Shown here: in pieces, positions 34,858 to 46,000 of the stretch
Layout of the letters: each line of letters starts with the position of its first letter
Numbering within the stretch: position 1 is the first letter of the stretch
The notes under the pieces: model-generated
What the model was told of the DNA's origin: nothing
Database searches by the model: none
The model's input: only the letters and a program-made list of their open reading frames with translations
Position numbers and translations under genes: made by a program
Source: a virus
Taxonomy: Duplodnaviria; Caudoviricetes
Reading direction: 5' to 3' (one strand)
Length of the DNA: 54,276 nt
Virus record (IMG/VR): IMGVR_UViG_3300045020_000038
Location: 1-54,276 of that record

Positions 34858-35298
34858 ATGCCACGTAACTATTATAAAGAAGGTGAGTGGAACATCCGGT
34901 GTATGATCTGTGATAGAAAGATCAAATCCGGTGAAATTATGAAACGATGGGATGGTCTTCTGGTATGTCCAGATGATTATGAGAATCGTCATCCTATGGA
35001 TTTTTTAAGAGCAAGACAAGAGCGCATTAATGTGCCATTTGCTTATCAGTCATCTTTTACTCTGTCTGATGCCCCTAAATATCCACAATATCCCTTCTGT
35101 ACAGCAATGGGATCGAGTGGTATTACTGGCTGGGGCGTAGCAGGTTGTATGCGGCCCTCCTTGGGATTTCCTAATGGTCTCCCCGTCACGGCCCCTGAAA
35201 TTCCAGATGAACCTACTTCATTACAGATAGCACTCATGTCGACGGGATTGTTATTGTTAATGAATGGGAACTTTCTTAGTACTGTAACTTTAGACTAA
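34858..35298 (+). CDS. Zn-binding structural-module protein
   Basis: WNIRCMIC...RWDGLLVCPDDYENRHPMDF. Confidence 0.7.
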   Translation: MPRNYYKEGEWNIRCMICDRKIKSGEIMKRWDGLLVCPDDYENRHPMDFLRARQERINVPFAYQSSFTLSDAPKYPQYPFCTAMGSSGITGWGVAGCMRPSLGFPNGLPVTAPEIPDEPTSLQIALMSTGLLLLMNGNFLSTVTLD

Positions 35299-35309
35299 TA
35301 ATAATCACT

Positions 35310-35510
35310 ATGACCGAACTACACGAACGCGTTGCCGCCCTGGAGCAAGCACGCAAAGATGACCGGGAAACAATCACCAAGATCTTAGCTCATGTAAAAT
35401 CTATCGATGAGAATATGAATCGGTATAAAGGTTTTATTGGAGCAGTCTGGTTTGCTATTTCATGTATTGGTGTTTTCTTCAGTGCATTTAAATTCTTTCA
35501 CAAAGGTTAA
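35310..35510 (+). CDS. small coiled-coil plus single-TM protein (possible holin/antiholin)
   Basis: ERVAALE coiled coil, C-terminal hydrophobic helix. Confidence 0.6.
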   Translation: MTELHERVAALEQARKDDRETITKILAHVKSIDENMNRYKGFIGAVWFAISCIGVFFSAFKFFHKG

Positions 35511-35512
35511 TT

Positions 35513-35947
35513 ATGGGTATTCTTGATCTTGTCGCGGGACCTATCTTGGACATTGTAGACAAGATTATCCCAACACCTATGACTGCAGAGCAGAAAGTTC
35601 AAGCTCAATTGGCAGTAGCACAACTTGCACAAAATGAAGAATTTAAACAAATTGATGCACAGTTAGCTACGACTCAACAACAAACAGATACTGATAAGGC
35701 TGAAGCATCTAGTAATAGTTTATTTGTTGCTGGATGGCGGCCCTTTATTGGCTGGATTTGTGGTACCGGTCTTGGTTGGAACTATATTGGAATTTCTGTG
35801 CTTTCCTTCTTGACTACGGTAGTGGGACATCCGGTTGTGATGCAAAAAGCTGATCTCAGTGAAATGATGCCACTACTTATTGGTATGCTCGGTTTGGGTG
35901 GTATGCGTACATATGAAAAAATCAATGGAGTAAATAGTGGCCAATAG
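35513..35947 (+). CDS. holin of the 3TM / GTA-holin type
   Basis: FVAGWRPFIGWICG and MLGLGGMRTYEK motifs. Confidence 0.85.
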   Translation: MGILDLVAGPILDIVDKIIPTPMTAEQKVQAQLAVAQLAQNEEFKQIDAQLATTQQQTDTDKAEASSNSLFVAGWRPFIGWICGTGLGWNYIGISVLSFLTTVVGHPVVMQKADLSEMMPLLIGMLGLGGMRTYEKINGVNSGQ

Positions 35948-37505
35948 TCCAACCAATGTCACCTTTGTTGATTATGTTACTCCGGTAACTGCGACATGGC
36001 TTAATTTTGTAAACAATGCTGTTCAAGGATTAGCAGGATCTGTACTTTCGTTTGGCGCGGACCCCACTGGAGCTACGGATAGTACATTAGCTTTTCAGAA
36101 AGCATTGAATGCTGGCGGATCAGTATATATCCCAAATGGAACCTATCAGATTTCTAGTATTACAGTTCCCGTTGGTTGTAATAGTATGCTAGGTCAATCC
36201 CGTTCTGGCGTGATTTTTGTCCCCGCAACCGGACGAAGTTCAGGGACTCCCCTTATTACATTGAATGCCACATCTCGTGGTCAGTATGGTAATTTTACTA
36301 TTCAAGCAACTTCTGCCCTAACAGATTCTCCAATTTTTATTACTAATGATAATTATTCTGATTTATCATTTGTAACTATTACTAATTGTGGTGGAATTGG
36401 TATTCAGACGAATACCTGTACTGGTACCAGAATCTTCTCGAATTCAGTATTAGATAATGGTACCTGTGCAATTTTTAATGGTGCTTCTAATTATGTAGAG
36501 ATTTTTGGTAATGAATGTTATTCGGTAAGTTCCGATACTAATTCTACGATTGGAACTCAAAATGGAACCAATAATTCCATTTATGATAATTATTGTAAAC
36601 GCACTACTGCTAGTATTGGATTCTGTATTGGAGTACAATTCGAATCTTATACAACGGTTAAAAACAATACCGTACTTCCAAATACCCTGGAAGGTATTGC
36701 TACCACGGATTCAAGCCACATTAGTATCCTGGATAATACAGTGTATTGCCAAACAGGACATCATGATTTTGGTATTACTATTGATGCAACTGCGGCTAAT
36801 GCTTTGTCCTGTGTTGTAGCGAATAATCATATTGAAAATAGTGGAAAAGCTGGTGTTGATCTTACCTCAACATCCTCTTCTGCATATTGTCTTGGTTGTA
36901 CAATCCAAGGAAATCATGTACTCGATCCGTGTCAGAATCAATTGGCAGGAGAACCGCATGCAGCCTTTATTGTTACTCAAGGTACTGGGATTAATGCGAC
37001 TCAAAACACGGTACAAAATAACACAGTAGTTGATTTCACGAATCAAGTGCATTATATTTGCTATGAAAATAATGGTACGGCAAATATTTTTAAAGATAAC
37101 TCACCAGTAGTTAATACTGCAATTCTTACAACCGAAAACATTTCTAGTGGAACTACATCTCGGTTCTGGGATATGCTGCAGAATATTTATTCTGTAAACG
37201 TCGTGGCCGCTAGTGGTACTCTTGGGGGATTTACTTCTACTGGACTTTATAGTCGTCGTGGCCAGTTTATTGATTTATTTATCACGGTTAATATTAGTAA
37301 TGCCGGTAGTGGGACAAATGCTTTGGATATTTCTTTACCATTTGCATGTACTGGGGCATTATCGGGACGTGAGACAACTACCGGTGGTTCAATAAGCGGT
37401 AGTGCAAATAATTCAACCGCAATCTTTACAACATTCTATAATGGAGGTTATCCTGGTGTTACCGGATATAATCTGGTATTGAGTGGTACCCTCGAACTTA
37501 CTTAA
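35937..37505 (+). CDS. tailspike / beta-helix depolymerase (pectate lyase-like)
   Basis: VTATWLN head-binding motif, SFGADPTGATDSTLAFQKAL, YIPNGTY, Asn-rich parallel beta-helix repeats. Confidence 0.85.
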   Translation: MANSPTNVTFVDYVTPVTATWLNFVNNAVQGLAGSVLSFGADPTGATDSTLAFQKALNAGGSVYIPNGTYQISSITVPVGCNSMLGQSRSGVIFVPATGRSSGTPLITLNATSRGQYGNFTIQATSALTDSPIFITNDNYSDLSFVTITNCGGIGIQTNTCTGTRIFSNSVLDNGTCAIFNGASNYVEIFGNECYSVSSDTNSTIGTQNGTNNSIYDNYCKRTTASIGFCIGVQFESYTTVKNNTVLPNTLEGIATTDSSHISILDNTVYCQTGHHDFGITIDATAANALSCVVANNHIENSGKAGVDLTSTSSSAYCLGCTIQGNHVLDPCQNQLAGEPHAAFIVTQGTGINATQNTVQNNTVVDFTNQVHYICYENNGTANIFKDNSPVVNTAILTTENISSGTTSRFWDMLQNIYSVNVVAASGTLGGFTSTGLYSRRGQFIDLFITVNISNAGSGTNALDISLPFACTGALSGRETTTGGSISGSANNSTAIFTTFYNGGYPGVTGYNLVLSGTLELT

Positions 37506-37513
37506 TAGGAATT

Positions 37514-38275
37514 ATGATGGCAGTATCTGGAGATACCACCTGGACAATGAATCAAGCAGCTATTGTTAATGCTGCTTTCCGAAAGATTGGTGTAGCCGTC
37601 GATGGAGCTACTGCCACTCCTACCCAAATTATCAATGCTAATGAAGCACTGAATAATGTGGTGTTTAGTTTATATGCAATGGGTATGCCCGTCTGGGCAA
37701 TGACTACGACCTCTTTTACTCCGACCCAAGGTGTTATAACATATCCGGTCGGATTAACTACAGGTGTTCAAACAAATCTTATTATTCCCGCTCCACTTAA
37801 GATTACCCAGGGATGGAGTCGAGATAATATTAGTAATACAGATATCCCATTAAATATTTATACTCAGTATAATTACAATCTATTGAGTACCAAGATTAAT
37901 CAAGGATATCCTGTCCACTTGTGGTATCAACCATTGAATCAGACTGGTGTGATTACTATTTGGCCTGCTCCTGATCAATATACGGCAACAAATCGATCAA
38001 TCTTTATTGTCTATCAACGACCCTTTGATCAATTTGATCAGACTACGGATACACCCGATTTTCCTCAGATCTGGCTAGAACCGTTGATTTATTCTCTAGC
38101 ACACAGACTCTCTCCTGAATTTGGTCTTCCTTTGAGTGAGCAAGATAAATTAAATGAGACTGCAAATTCTTTAATACAGAATGCTCTTTCCTTCGGTACA
38201 GAAGAGGGTGGTTTATTTATTCAACCGGATTGGGTTGTTATGGGCATGGGTTCGGATAATCCAAATGGCTACTAA
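37514..38275 (+). CDS. putative head-tail adaptor
   Basis: IVNAAFRKIG, ITIWPAPD, DFPQIW...LAHRL. Confidence 0.7.
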   Translation: MMAVSGDTTWTMNQAAIVNAAFRKIGVAVDGATATPTQIINANEALNNVVFSLYAMGMPVWAMTTTSFTPTQGVITYPVGLTTGVQTNLIIPAPLKITQGWSRDNISNTDIPLNIYTQYNYNLLSTKINQGYPVHLWYQPLNQTGVITIWPAPDQYTATNRSIFIVYQRPFDQFDQTTDTPDFPQIWLEPLIYSLAHRLSPEFGLPLSEQDKLNETANSLIQNALSFGTEEGGLFIQPDWVVMGMGSDNPNGY

Positions 38276-38304
38276 GAGCGCAAGCAGCGCGATGGAGAGA
38301 TGTC

Positions 38305-39756
38305 ATCGCTACTAATCCTTATTTCACACAATTACATACACAGCGTTTTTCTTTTATTGGATCTCCCCAACAACGGGATGGTACAGCTACAAAAGATCAA
38401 CGTTTTGTGAATATGTATCCGGAGATGATTAAAGCTCCTGTTACGGATGGAAAGAAATATTTTCTTAAGAAACGTCCAGGGACGAGTGCTTTATTTACGC
38501 TCGGCGCAGGTCAAGGCCGAGGAACTTTTTATTGGCAAACAAACGGAAATTATTTATCTGTTGTTGGTAATGTACTTTATTCTAATTCGACCGCTATTGC
38601 TTTCCTTACCACCGGAAGTGGTCCTGTCGGATTCACAGAATTTCGTACACCTGTATCTGACTATATTTTTCTGTGTGATGGCACTCATGGATATACAATT
38701 ACAGTTGGAAATGTTGTTACCCTGATTACCGATGCTAATTTTCCTAGCCCACATATTCCACGACCAGTCTTCTTGGATGGATATATTTTTCTAGGTCAGG
38801 CGGGCAGTCAGGATATCATAAATAGTAATCTGAATGACGCCACAACCTGGCCCATCGATGGGTTCATCAGTGCAGAAATGTTCCCAGATAACTTAGTTGG
38901 ATTAGCAAAAGTACAGAACTACATTGCTGCAATCGGTGGAGAATCCATCGAGTGGTTCTACGATAACGCCAACGCAACGGGCAGTCCACTAAATAGAAAT
39001 GCACCAGCCGTCTCCCAGTTGGGTTGTCCTGCTATGCAGACAATTAATCAAACGGAAATGGAATTGATCCTGGTGGGCCAGACTGCAAACGGTGGTAGGA
39101 CCGTATGGGTCATTAATGGATTCCAGCCGACAGAAATTGCAACTGAACCAGTCCGTGAGGCTCTGGATTTGGAGGGGACGGGTATTGTAAATGCTACCGC
39201 GTTCACGATCCAATGTTCGGGACACAAATGGTATGTCCTTAATCTTAAGACAAACCAAAGAACTTTTGTCTACGATTTTGAAGAACAGATGTGGCATGAA
39301 TGGGGATCGATGAGCAATAATGTTTTGTCAGGTTTTGTATTTGACTATGCTGCAGATTCTGGAAATGGTTCTCCTCTACTAATCAGTCAAAATAATGCCG
39401 GACAAGCCTGGATTTTGAGTCCATCCAATTATACGGATGGGGGTGGAAATTTTGAATGTCTAGTAGTTACTAGTAAGATTGATTTCGATACAGTGATGCG
39501 CAAACGAATTTTCCGGCTATCTCTTGTAGCCGATGGTCCCGATAATGATGTACCTGTACCGATAACTGTATCATGGACGGATGATGATTATAATACCTTT
39601 ACTCCTGGAACAATTCTAAATTTAAGTGGTGGTTATTCTACGATAACTCAACTAGGTTATACACGGAGAAGGGCTTTCCAATTTATCTATATTCAACCCT
39701 TTCCTCTTCGAATGGAATCTTTTGAATTAGATATCATCCAAGAAGTGAGGCGCTAA
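38305..39756 (+). CDS. tail nozzle / P22 gp10-like DNA stabilisation protein, probable ATC start
   Basis: N.YPE, KKRPG, FLDGY, SIEWF, TFVYD...WHEW, LG.TRRRAF; the frame is open from ATC 38305 (GGAG RBS) with no ATG/GTG/TTG until 38407. Confidence 0.82.
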   Translation: MATNPYFTQLHTQRFSFIGSPQQRDGTATKDQRFVNMYPEMIKAPVTDGKKYFLKKRPGTSALFTLGAGQGRGTFYWQTNGNYLSVVGNVLYSNSTAIAFLTTGSGPVGFTEFRTPVSDYIFLCDGTHGYTITVGNVVTLITDANFPSPHIPRPVFLDGYIFLGQAGSQDIINSNLNDATTWPIDGFISAEMFPDNLVGLAKVQNYIAAIGGESIEWFYDNANATGSPLNRNAPAVSQLGCPAMQTINQTEMELILVGQTANGGRTVWVINGFQPTEIATEPVREALDLEGTGIVNATAFTIQCSGHKWYVLNLKTNQRTFVYDFEEQMWHEWGSMSNNVLSGFVFDYAADSGNGSPLLISQNNAGQAWILSPSNYTDGGGNFECLVVTSKIDFDTVMRKRIFRLSLVADGPDNDVPVPITVSWTDDDYNTFTPGTILNLSGGYSTITQLGYTRRRAFQFIYIQPFPLRMESFELDIIQEVRR

Positions 39757-40262
39757 TGTCTGCAGGAATCCCTCCGCCACCACTCAACTCTCCTAATGGT
39801 AGTTATTATTGGCTTGAGTGGTATACCCAGTTAACCAATGTCTTGAATCAAACTGGATATCCTTTTACAGCTTTGAGTTTTTCTGGTTCTGATATTGCTA
39901 GTATTCAATCTCGTAATCACAATGAGTTAACCCAGATTCAAGGAGGGACTGCTTCTGGTGTATCTCCTGGTACTGGTTTTGCTTATCACATGACTGGAAA
40001 GGGATATGTATCGGCTGGTGGTACCCTAACTGGTGGGCCTTCTGGTTGGTCCATCACAAACCCATCTGCCGGGGTTTACACTTTGACTACCGGATTATCC
40101 ACCGCTCTACCAGCAATTGGAGCTATGGCAACCTCAAACACAAATGGTATTGTAGTTGACTGGATTGATTTATCCTCGACTGGGTTTGTTACCTTTCATC
40201 TGGTAGCTCGAAATACAACTACCCCGCAAAACGGAGCTTTTACTTTTCTGGTGAGTACATGA
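39756..40262 (+). CDS. putative tail accessory protein
   Basis: TAATG overlap; PPPP, WLEWY, SRNHNELTQIQGG. Confidence 0.7.
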   Translation: MSAGIPPPPLNSPNGSYYWLEWYTQLTNVLNQTGYPFTALSFSGSDIASIQSRNHNELTQIQGGTASGVSPGTGFAYHMTGKGYVSAGGTLTGGPSGWSITNPSAGVYTLTTGLSTALPAIGAMATSNTNGIVVDWIDLSSTGFVTFHLVARNTTTPQNGAFTFLVST

Positions 40263-40705
40263 TTAAAACGATCTTGACACGAGAAGATGCTGAACGAATT
40301 ATGGAATTAGGTCGACAACTCCACCAAGAATCTCGTTTTGCTCATCAACCATATGATGAACTCCGTTGCTGGCAAGCTCTTGATAATACCCTAGCGTCTC
40401 CCGATCGGCATTTTATTGCTTTTGATTCAGAGTATCGGGGATTTATCTTAATGACTATGACCCAGGAATTCTTCTCGGGAACTAAATGGTCAGGAGATCG
40501 ATGTCTATATATAGCTCCTGAATATCGTGGTGGATCTCTAGTCGTACGATTACTCAATGCAGCTTACAACTGGTCAAAAGAGAATGGTGCAGAAGAAATG
40601 GTAATCTTGCACAATACGGGCATCAATACTGATAAAGCCCCTAAACTATTTAATAAATTGGGATTTGATATGAAGGGTTATATCTTTGTGAAGGAGATCC
40701 AGTAA
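40259..40705 (+). CDS. GNAT-family acetyltransferase
   Basis: LYIAPEYRGG...WSKENGA...LFNKLGF. Confidence 0.85.
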   Translation: MIKTILTREDAERIMELGRQLHQESRFAHQPYDELRCWQALDNTLASPDRHFIAFDSEYRGFILMTMTQEFFSGTKWSGDRCLYIAPEYRGGSLVVRLLNAAYNWSKENGAEEMVILHNTGINTDKAPKLFNKLGFDMKGYIFVKEIQ

Positions 40706-42030
40706 TGTGTGGAATTATTGATGACGCCCTTCCTATTCTGGGTAGTATTGCGGGTACGATCATTGCCCCAGGTATTGGTACAGCTATTGGTGCAGGGCTA
40801 GGGGGTGCTGTCGGAAACTATGCACAAACCCACAACTTCGGGTCGGCACTGGAATCTGGTGCTATCTCGGGTGGGGCCTCTGCTCTTGGTAATTGGGCTG
40901 GTGGTCTACTTGGCCCTACTGCTGGGGCGGATGGGGGCGCTTTGAGTACTACCCAACAAGGTGCCTCCACCCTTGGTGATGTAGAACAGGGTGCTGGTGG
41001 TGCTGCCTTATTTGGTCCAGCAGCCGGTACTGGTACAGCTATTGGTAATGCTGCTGGTAGTATTGGAGCTGGTGGATTAGGTGTTGCTGGCGGCTCTAGT
41101 CTATCCGGTGTAGGATCTGGTCTCGGTTATCTTTCGGGTCTCGGTGGGACTCCTACCGGTACTGGTCTTGGTTTGGGGGGTACGGGTTCTAGTGCCGACC
41201 TTAATGGTGTTATGAATGGTACCAGTGGACCAGGAGGTCTTACCTCAGCTTCTCCTGTACCCACTGCTATGGGGCAAACTACTCCGACAGCAGGCGCGGC
41301 TGGTGTATCTAGTCCCACTGCGGGGAATGCGGTCGGTTCACTGTCCAATACGGGAGCAGTTGGTACCGAAGGGACCGGCTCTCCTATGGGATTTGATCAG
41401 ACCGGAGGTGCTCAATTTACTGATGCTGGTGCTCAGGGTGCTGCCCCACAGGGTTCTTTGGCTTCGATGTATGGTCCGACCTCAGTGGCTGGTGGATCTC
41501 CACAAGGAGCTTTAATTGCTCAGACTGGGCAGGATGTAAATCCGGGTGTACAGTTTGGTGCAATGGGACAAGGTACTGCCGGTTCTGTTGCGGATGCTGG
41601 ACAATCGGGAACCCTTGGTAGTATCTTTGGTGATACTGGTACGGATATGAAACTCCTAAATACCGGACTGAATGCATATCAACAATTCGCCAAACAGAAT
41701 GCAGCAAATAACTATCGGAATTCCATTAATCAGATTTTTAGTCCGACCGGTGCTTATGCACAACAGATGCAAAGTAATATTGCCCGGCAATATGCTGCAC
41801 AAGGTAAGAATGCTGAAGCTGGACCCCAAGGTGTACAATTGGCTGCTGCCCTCGCCCAAGCTCAAGCACAAGCTCTTGGTGGAAGTAACTATGCCAATGC
41901 TGCTCAGAATACGGCTGGTGCATCGGCTCTAAATGGATTGTTTGCTAACTTCTCTACCCCTCAAGCACAACAAGGTCTAACTAACTTTGGTAAGAATGCT
42001 TTCCAGGGTCTTCAAACTCTTTGGAGTTAA
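40705..42030 (+). CDS. putative internal virion / DNA ejection protein
   Basis: Gly/Ala-rich with hydrophobic N-terminal helices; follows the GNAT gene. Confidence 0.7.
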   Translation: MCGIIDDALPILGSIAGTIIAPGIGTAIGAGLGGAVGNYAQTHNFGSALESGAISGGASALGNWAGGLLGPTAGADGGALSTTQQGASTLGDVEQGAGGAALFGPAAGTGTAIGNAAGSIGAGGLGVAGGSSLSGVGSGLGYLSGLGGTPTGTGLGLGGTGSSADLNGVMNGTSGPGGLTSASPVPTAMGQTTPTAGAAGVSSPTAGNAVGSLSNTGAVGTEGTGSPMGFDQTGGAQFTDAGAQGAAPQGSLASMYGPTSVAGGSPQGALIAQTGQDVNPGVQFGAMGQGTAGSVADAGQSGTLGSIFGDTGTDMKLLNTGLNAYQQFAKQNAANNYRNSINQIFSPTGAYAQQMQSNIARQYAAQGKNAEAGPQGVQLAAALAQAQAQALGGSNYANAAQNTAGASALNGLFANFSTPQAQQGLTNFGKNAFQGLQTLWS

Positions 42031-42033
42031 TCT

Positions 42034-42999
42034 ATGCCATACCAAAATGATATGTCTACTTTGGCAGATGTAGTGGGACCGGCATATGCAGCACAACAAG
42101 CGGGTATCCAGAATGATTATGCCAATCAACAAGAGGCTGCTAAAGCTGCAGTAGCACAGGGTACAATTGGTGCTGAAATTGCAAAACCAACACTAGCTAA
42201 TCAATTTACTCAAGCTCAGACTAGTAATGAACAAGGCCTGGCTAAGACCTCGAATGCTGCTGGGAATATTGCTCAGGCTGCTGAACCCAGTGGAGCACAA
42301 GCAGCAGTTGCTGGTAATCAGTTGAAGATGACAGCAGATCAAGCGCAGAAACTTGGTCAAGTAGGTCAACTGGCGGGACAAGCGGCAGCATATATGGATA
42401 ACGTCCCCGCTCCTGCTAGACCGGCTGCTATGGCCCAACTACTGCAATCAAATAATATAGATCCCACCACGCTGGGTCCCCTAGCTTCTGGTGATCCAGC
42501 GACCCTTCGTCAAGCGGCTGATGCAATGGCCAAGTCTTCGGCCCAGTTTATTCAGGAATCTGCCCTCACTGGTCAAAAAGTTGCTGGTGAAGAAAATGTT
42601 GCTGGTATTGGTGCAGCGGGTCATATCCAAGCTACCAAGGAACTGGTTGGTGGTCGTGTGGATGTGGCTAATATCCAAGCGCAAGTTAAACAAGCAACGG
42701 CACCTTTGGCAGCTCTTCAGCAACAACTTTACACTAGACTTACCAATGGTACCTCCAAAGATCCTGCTAGTGATCGTGCAATGCTTAACAACATTAATCA
42801 AACAATTCAGCAGATTCGACAGACCTCTCTGTTCCAACAAGGTATTACTGGTACCAATGCTCCGTCAACTGTACCTCCGGTACCAACAACAGGTGGAGGT
42901 GGGGGTACCCAAGCACCAACGGGGAATCAACCCGCCCCTACGGCTCCTGATCAAAATGCTATTGAAGCGGAAATGCGTAGACGTGGTCTTCTTAAATAA
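42034..42999 (+). CDS. putative internal virion protein
   Basis: Ala/Gln-rich helical protein ending AEMRRRGLLK. Confidence 0.7.
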   Translation: MPYQNDMSTLADVVGPAYAAQQAGIQNDYANQQEAAKAAVAQGTIGAEIAKPTLANQFTQAQTSNEQGLAKTSNAAGNIAQAAEPSGAQAAVAGNQLKMTADQAQKLGQVGQLAGQAAAYMDNVPAPARPAAMAQLLQSNNIDPTTLGPLASGDPATLRQAADAMAKSSAQFIQESALTGQKVAGEENVAGIGAAGHIQATKELVGGRVDVANIQAQVKQATAPLAALQQQLYTRLTNGTSKDPASDRAMLNNINQTIQQIRQTSLFQQGITGTNAPSTVPPVPTTGGGGGTQAPTGNQPAPTAPDQNAIEAEMRRRGLLK

Positions 43000-43007
43000 G
43001 GTAACAC

Positions 43008-46000
43008 ATGGCAGATCTTTCTCAACTCAGTAATGATCAACTCACTCAGTTGTATTCTATTACTAAACAAGAGACTGGTGGGGCTTCTGATAAGTCCACC
43101 ATTACCAGTCCCAAGGGGGCTACTGGTTCTATGCAAGTAGAACCGGCTACTGCCGGGGATCCGGGATTTGGTGTACGACCTTCTGATGGTTCACCTGAAG
43201 ACACGGCCCGCATGGGCCGTGACTATTTCTTGGCCTTGTCACAACACTACAAGGATCCCACAACCGCTGCTATTGCTTATAATATGGGTCCAGGTCGTAC
43301 GGATAAATGGTTAGAGAATGGAGCTAACCCTGCAGATCTCCCTACGGAGACTCTAGCATATGCCCACAACTTTAATCAGAATACCCAACAGGCTACCCAA
43401 CAACAACAACCCCAAGCTCCTCAACAACAAGGGGGTGGTGATCTCTCGTCTCTAACAGATGATCAGTTGAAACAGATGTATAAAGCCCCAGCAGATGATA
43501 AGAACAGTCTCTGGAACAACATCAAAGGGCTTGGTCTACAAGCAGCAAATCTGGCTGTAGCAGGGATTGAAACTCCGGCTATCCTTGGTGCCGGAGCTAT
43601 TGGAGCCACCGGTCGGGCTCTTGAAGGTCAACCTTTAGCAGCGAACCTGGCCAAGACTGTTGAGAATGTTCAAAAGAACTACGGACAATTCTCTGCTGAA
43701 GCAGGTTTGAATAAAGCCGGTATTGATACATCTGGAGTCCAGGATACAGCAGGATATCAGCTTCCTAATGAAGCTATGAACTATATTGGAAATACTCTAC
43801 CAGGTCAGCTAGCTGCTGCTGGTACTGCTGGTTCTCCGTTCAGTGCTGCTCAAACACTGAGTCCAAGTCAACAAGCAGTTGCTAAACCAGCTTTGCAATT
43901 AGCCGAACTAGCCACACCCTTCCTACATAGAGGAGGTGGTATAGTAGCCGAAGGTGCTGGTGCTCCTGCGGAGGCTGCTGCTAAACTAGCTGGTGATGAT
44001 GCAGCCGCTCCTAGTGCAAATCAGTTTACGGGACCTCCTCGTAATGCCGCAGATTTTGGTCCACGGCGTTCTATTATTGTAGATAGTCAGGGACGTGCTG
44101 TATTCCAAGGACAAGAACCGACTACTGAACAATTACTGGCAGATGCTGCTCAACGTCGTGCCGAAGCCTTCATGGGACCCAACGCCGGTCCTCCGGCCCC
44201 AGCACGTCCATCATTTCCTCCAAACATGGGACCAAATGAAGGCCCTCAACAAATGTTCCCAGGTAATATGGGTGCTAATGAAGGTCCACAGATTCCCAAT
44301 GCTCAGGCATTTGCTCGGGGGATCATGCAACCGGTGGAACCTAATATGGGTCCACAACGTCCACCTATCACTGTAGATCGCCAAGGGGTGGCTTCGACCA
44401 ATCTTGGTAATACCCAAGAACAGATGGCATTACAAGGTCAACAAGCTGGATTAGAACAAGCCCAACGTAATGCCGGATTGGCCCAATTACAAGGCCAAGG
44501 GGAATTATTTCCTCAAGGAACAGAAGGTCAAGCTAGTCCATTTAATCCTAATCGGTTATCTGAGGACTATCAACAACCATTCAATCCGAGAAATCCGACT
44601 AACCTTCGTCAGGGTCAACTAGATTTTACCCAAGCACAAACACCTGATATATTCCAAGTAAATCGTGAAGGTGAAGCCGGGACTCCCCAACAACATGAGG
44701 AAGTTGCTCCATATCGGGATGCGACACAACGGCGTATGGATGATATGTCCCGACAATCTCCTGAGCAGTTGGATATGTTTAATCCAATTGACCAACGTAC
44801 ATTTGATCAATTTGGTCCTAATGAAACACCGCGTAGTTTAAATCCTGATGAATTTGCGGAGACAGTTCAGAATCTTGCAGCAAAAGATGGTACTAGATTT
44901 CCGTTGCCTGAAGATATGGAGGGAGCATATAGTCGCTATCTGGATACTGTACGAGATGATCAAGGTGGTTTATTTGATCGAGCAACCATTGCCAAGAAGT
45001 TTGTGGAAGCTGCTGCCGATGAATCAAAATCTCGGATGGTAGCAGATCATCCAATTGTTAAAGCTAATCAAGATCGAGTTAATCGTCTTCAAGCATCTAT
45101 TGATCAAGCGGGGGGTGTAGCCCCTCCTGGTATGAGAGATGCACTCGCACAAGCACAACGAACCTTGGAAAAATCCCAGGAAAATATTGGTAAGCAAATG
45201 CCTAAGGATCCCCGTCTGCCTTATGAAAAGGACGGTGTGGTTAATATGTTTACCTTTGGTAATCTTCCAGAGATGTTTAAGAGTATCGGTGCTGTGCTAA
45301 AGGGACTACATGGTGTAGTATTCAAAACACTTGATCGCATGATTCCTGCTAGTCGTAATCTGGATTCTTTTGCCAAGATCGCGCAGCAAGGTATCAAGAA
45401 CTTTGTTAACCGGGAAGCTAATCGAGACTGGTCACAGACCGTCAATGAGAAGCCGATGGATCAACTAGGTAAGATCCCGGGTATGAGGAATGCTGTAGAT
45501 TCTCTGAATCCCCATGCACAAGATGATCTTAGTCCAGAAGAACTGAAAGCACAATTTAACCAAGCTACTGATCTATCAGATAGTAAGGTAGGTAACTTCC
45601 TTCGGAATAACGTTCTGCAGGGTGGGTTGATGTTGTCTGATTTTAGTCGACATCCACTGGTAAAATATACTACCGACTCTGTAGCGAAGGCTTTCCGCTC
45701 TGCGGACAAGTGGGCTAGGGAAAATCTGTTGAATAAACAGACCGGGCTGGGTCAGATGATCAAGGATATGCCTCTGGATCACTTCACTGAGATCCGTACT
45801 CTGATGGAAGCTAATGAAGGTACTCGTGAGTTTACTCCGTCTGAATTGAAGAATCGCGGATTCACAGATGAACAGATCAAGTACTACCAGCGTAGTTTGG
45901 AACTACAGAAGGAAGCCTTTACCAAATTTAATACGGGAAGACAAGCAGCCGGGTTGCCCCCGGTAACACCTCGTATTGCCCACATCGCTGGTTATTTTAC

